Shown: one piece after another, positions 23,391 through 25,506 of the stretch
Layout of the letters: every line of letters starts with the position of its first letter
Numbering within the stretch: position 1 is the first letter of the stretch
IMG/VR virus record: IMGVR_UViG_3300032047_000116
Coordinates: 1 to 25,506 of that record
Strand: one strand, 5' to 3'
Source: a virus
Taxonomy: Duplodnaviria; Caudoviricetes
Length of the DNA stretch: 25,506 nt
Made by a program: the position numbers and the translations under genes
Notes under the pieces: model-generated
The model's input: only the letters and a program-made list of their open reading frames with translations
Database searches by the model: none
Told to the model about the DNA's origin: nothing

Positions 23391-23743
23391 TCTTCTTCAC
23401 TTCCTTTCTTTGCTTGTTCTTTTTCGTACTGCCAAGCGTTTCCAATCTTAGCAATCTCTTGATTTCTTTCGTCAACCATCGCGTGGTTTCCGAAGTTGAG
23501 TGGTGGTAGTTCTCCAGCGACAACGCCTCCGTGTTGAGCGATGAGTTCCATCAATACTTGTGGAGTGACGAATGCTTTCATCTTGTCTTCACTGTTGTAG
23601 CATTCGGGTGTACCGTCTTCAACCACAATCTCCACCGCGCCGTAAGACTTAGCGAAGTCATTGCGAGGTGAGCAGTAGTTGATGCTTGATGCTTGCACGC
23701 TGATGACAGTTCCATCCCTGCATAGGATAGGTTTGAACATCAT
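23387..23743 (-). CDS. Phage-type hypothetical protein (SVQAS..YCSPR motif)
   Basis: ILCRDGTVISVQASSINYCSPR...IAQHGG; ends GSEEE*. Confidence 0.7.
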   Translation of the reverse strand: MMFKPILCRDGTVISVQASSINYCSPRNDFAKSYGAVEIVVEDGTPECYNSEDKMKAFVTPQVLMELIAQHGGVVAGELPPLNFGNHAMVDERNQEIAKIGNAWQYEKEQAKKGSEEE

Positions 23744-24273
23744 TCCCATTCCCCCGTCACTGGATTGAAAGACTTGGCTTCGGGTTCATCGGGGACTTCG
23801 ATGCGTGGAGCGATGAAGGCCACCCAATCTTGACAAGGGAGTTCCATGCGAAGGATGTTCGGGTGTCCGCGTTGAGCGCCACCGTAGAAAACAATGTCGT
23901 CCGAGACTCGCTTGTAATGTTTGTTCACAAGGCGTATCAGTTTGCTGTCATACCAAGCGTCGTGGATTAGAACAAAGTCTTCATCGTTGGTTTGCATCCG
24001 CAAGTTGTCACAAGAGCGCATCGTTGTTTTGTCAACACTGTTGGTGGTCGCGAAGTATTTCTCATTCACACCGAAGTCATACTCAAGTCCGTGATTGATG
24101 AGTAAGTCTTGTCGCGCCGCATCAGTGACAGGTACAATGAGCACAGTCGATGCGTCATGCAAGATACCCGAAGCGTGTCCGTTTGCACCTTCCCATGCGT
24201 CGGGACCGGATGTCAAACGGAGAGGGTTGGTCTTTCCTTCCAACCACTTCTCGGTTGTGATTCGTACAGGCAT
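23740..24273 (-). CDS. Hypothetical protein
   Basis: 177-aa ORF in the coupled operon. Confidence 0.7.
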   Translation of the reverse strand: MPVRITTEKWLEGKTNPLRLTSGPDAWEGANGHASGILHDASTVLIVPVTDAARQDLLINHGLEYDFGVNEKYFATTNSVDKTTMRSCDNLRMQTNDEDFVLIHDAWYDSKLIRLVNKHYKRVSDDIVFYGGAQRGHPNILRMELPCQDWVAFIAPRIEVPDEPEAKSFNPVTGEWE

Positions 24274-24846
24274 TCAGTCCACCTTCCAGTGCTTGTTCTG
24301 TCGGCCCTCAGCGATAGCAAGGTTCGCAGACATGAAGTCGGCAAGACCTTTCTCATCAACATCGCCCCACTCTTTTCGTTGGAAGCGATAGTATTCTTCG
24401 GGGTTCATACCGTATGGTGCTTCGGTCATGAACTCACCTGTCGTTGGAACAAAGGTGCGCTCCGGCATAGAGTCACATGGTTGAGCAACAAGGCTACCTC
24501 GGTGTCCACTCATGTTGAGGTCGCGTCCCATGTAAGACCAGCCCCATGCGCCACGACATTGTGCGCCACGACATGGGCAGTCGCCAAGCATGATGGGTCG
24601 TCCGTCAACATAAGCGATACCAAGTACGCGCGTCGGTTCACCGAACATCTCACGGATGACTGAGTAAGTATCAACCCACTCACCATCGTCGTCTTGAAGC
24701 ATGAATGCCTCAGTGAGAATCATCACTCGGTCTTCGATTGTTTCATCGCTGAGGTCAATGATTTGTCCAACGCTTCGTGTCACTTTTCTACCATTAGCAT
24801 TGGTCGTTTCTTTGTTCTCTGCGTTCAGTGTCCATTGAATGCTCAA
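24274..24846 (-). CDS. Hypothetical protein
   Basis: 190 aa, TTG start overlapping the upstream stop, AGGAG RBS, and a CPC...C motif. Confidence 0.65.
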   Translation of the reverse strand: MSIQWTLNAENKETTNANGRKVTRSVGQIIDLSDETIEDRVMILTEAFMLQDDDGEWVDTYSVIREMFGEPTRVLGIAYVDGRPIMLGDCPCRGAQCRGAWGWSYMGRDLNMSGHRGSLVAQPCDSMPERTFVPTTGEFMTEAPYGMNPEEYYRFQRKEWGDVDEKGLADFMSANLAIAEGRQNKHWKVD

Positions 24847-25454
24847 GACATCATCTCCTTAAGAATGTCAAAGAGCGCGCGGTTGTCTTCTGTTGTACGA
24901 GCAGTCATGATGTGGTGGCTGATTCTTCCCTTGACAATATCAACGGTGGTCATGTGGTATTGCGCAAGCACTTCAAGGATGAGTGGCTCAGTGAAGAGGT
25001 CATCGTCATCATCAGTGCGAGGGATGGGTTCGTTGGTCAGCAGGGTACGAAGACCATCATCGTCGTCAGCACCGAGGTCAGCGAGAACCTTCTCAGCAAC
25101 CTTGACAGCATCGGGTGTGTCTTCGTTGGTGAAGGTGTTGCCACCCTCTTTGGTGTAGAGAGGTACAGGTATCTCTTCGCCGTCAACACTCATACCCAAC
25201 GGGAAGTAATGCACGCGCATCTCTCCTTCTTTGTTGAGCATTCTCGTCTTGCCAATCATCTCGTAGTTACCTGCGGCATCACTTAGGTTCGCGTGTATCC
25301 TTTGGGCAACCACATCGGGCATGGCTTCTGTGTCAATGCAAGCGAAGACTTCGCTGGCGGTCATTGGTCGGTTCTCACTTGTCACAATTCTTGTGACAAA
25401 TGCAATCTTGGCTTCGTTCTTGTTTTGTTCGTATTTGTATCTTGTTGGGTTCAT
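24843..25454 (-). CDS. Hypothetical protein (possible N-terminal winged helix)
   Basis: 203 aa, GGAGG RBS, RPMTASEVF motif. Confidence 0.65.
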   Translation of the reverse strand: MNPTRYKYEQNKNEAKIAFVTRIVTSENRPMTASEVFACIDTEAMPDVVAQRIHANLSDAAGNYEMIGKTRMLNKEGEMRVHYFPLGMSVDGEEIPVPLYTKEGGNTFTNEDTPDAVKVAEKVLADLGADDDDGLRTLLTNEPIPRTDDDDDLFTEPLILEVLAQYHMTTVDIVKGRISHHIMTARTTEDNRALFDILKEMMS

Positions 25455-25506
25455 AATAAATCCTCCATTCTTGCTACGCGCTCATCATTCCATGAGCAAC
25501 ATAAGT
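25451..25506 (-). CDS. 3' end of an upstream gene (partial)
   Basis: The frame ...LCCSWNDERVARMEDLL* ends in an ATGA overlap with the next start. Confidence 0.45.
   Translation of the reverse strand, partial: LCCSWNDERVARMEDLL

Noticed and set aside
574-25286. Numerous plus-strand ORFs in the six-frame track
   Set aside because: They are antisense shadows of well-supported, translationally coupled minus-strand genes and show no recognisable motifs.
1-25506. tRNA/rRNA genes or stop-codon reassignment
   Set aside because: No cloverleaf-like sequence was seen in the few intergenic gaps, and the conserved proteins translate full length with the standard code.

Overview
This is a 25.5-kb segment of an archaeal tailed-virus genome. 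Gene content and the GGTGA/GAGG ribosome-binding sites best fit a marine Euryarchaeota (Poseidoniales/MGII) 'magrovirus'-type virus; this assignment is inferred, not searched. Almost every gene lies on the minus strand and most are translationally coupled by ATGA/GTGA/TTGA overlaps. The right part (about 20.3-25.5 kb) is an array of small, probably early genes joined by repeated RBS-stop-start junctions. It includes exact 38-bp and 45-bp direct repeats and mosaic 'MIDTD.../...GVIE' mini-genes. The middle holds a SMARCAL1-like SNF2 helicase, several Zn-finger microproteins, an ATP-dependent DNA ligase homolog that appears to have lost its catalytic motifs, and a LAGLIDADG-like protein. These are followed by a nearly complete replication/recombination module: RFC, RPA-like SSB, RecA/Sak4-like ATPase, PCNA-like clamp, PolB, Cas4-like nuclease, fused primase and ERCC4 nuclease. 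That module is bracketed by two AT-rich non-coding islands sharing an exact 14-bp inverted motif. An MCM-like helicase, a DEDD exonuclease and a group II chaperonin (thermosome) end the block. All assignments come from motif reading by eye.
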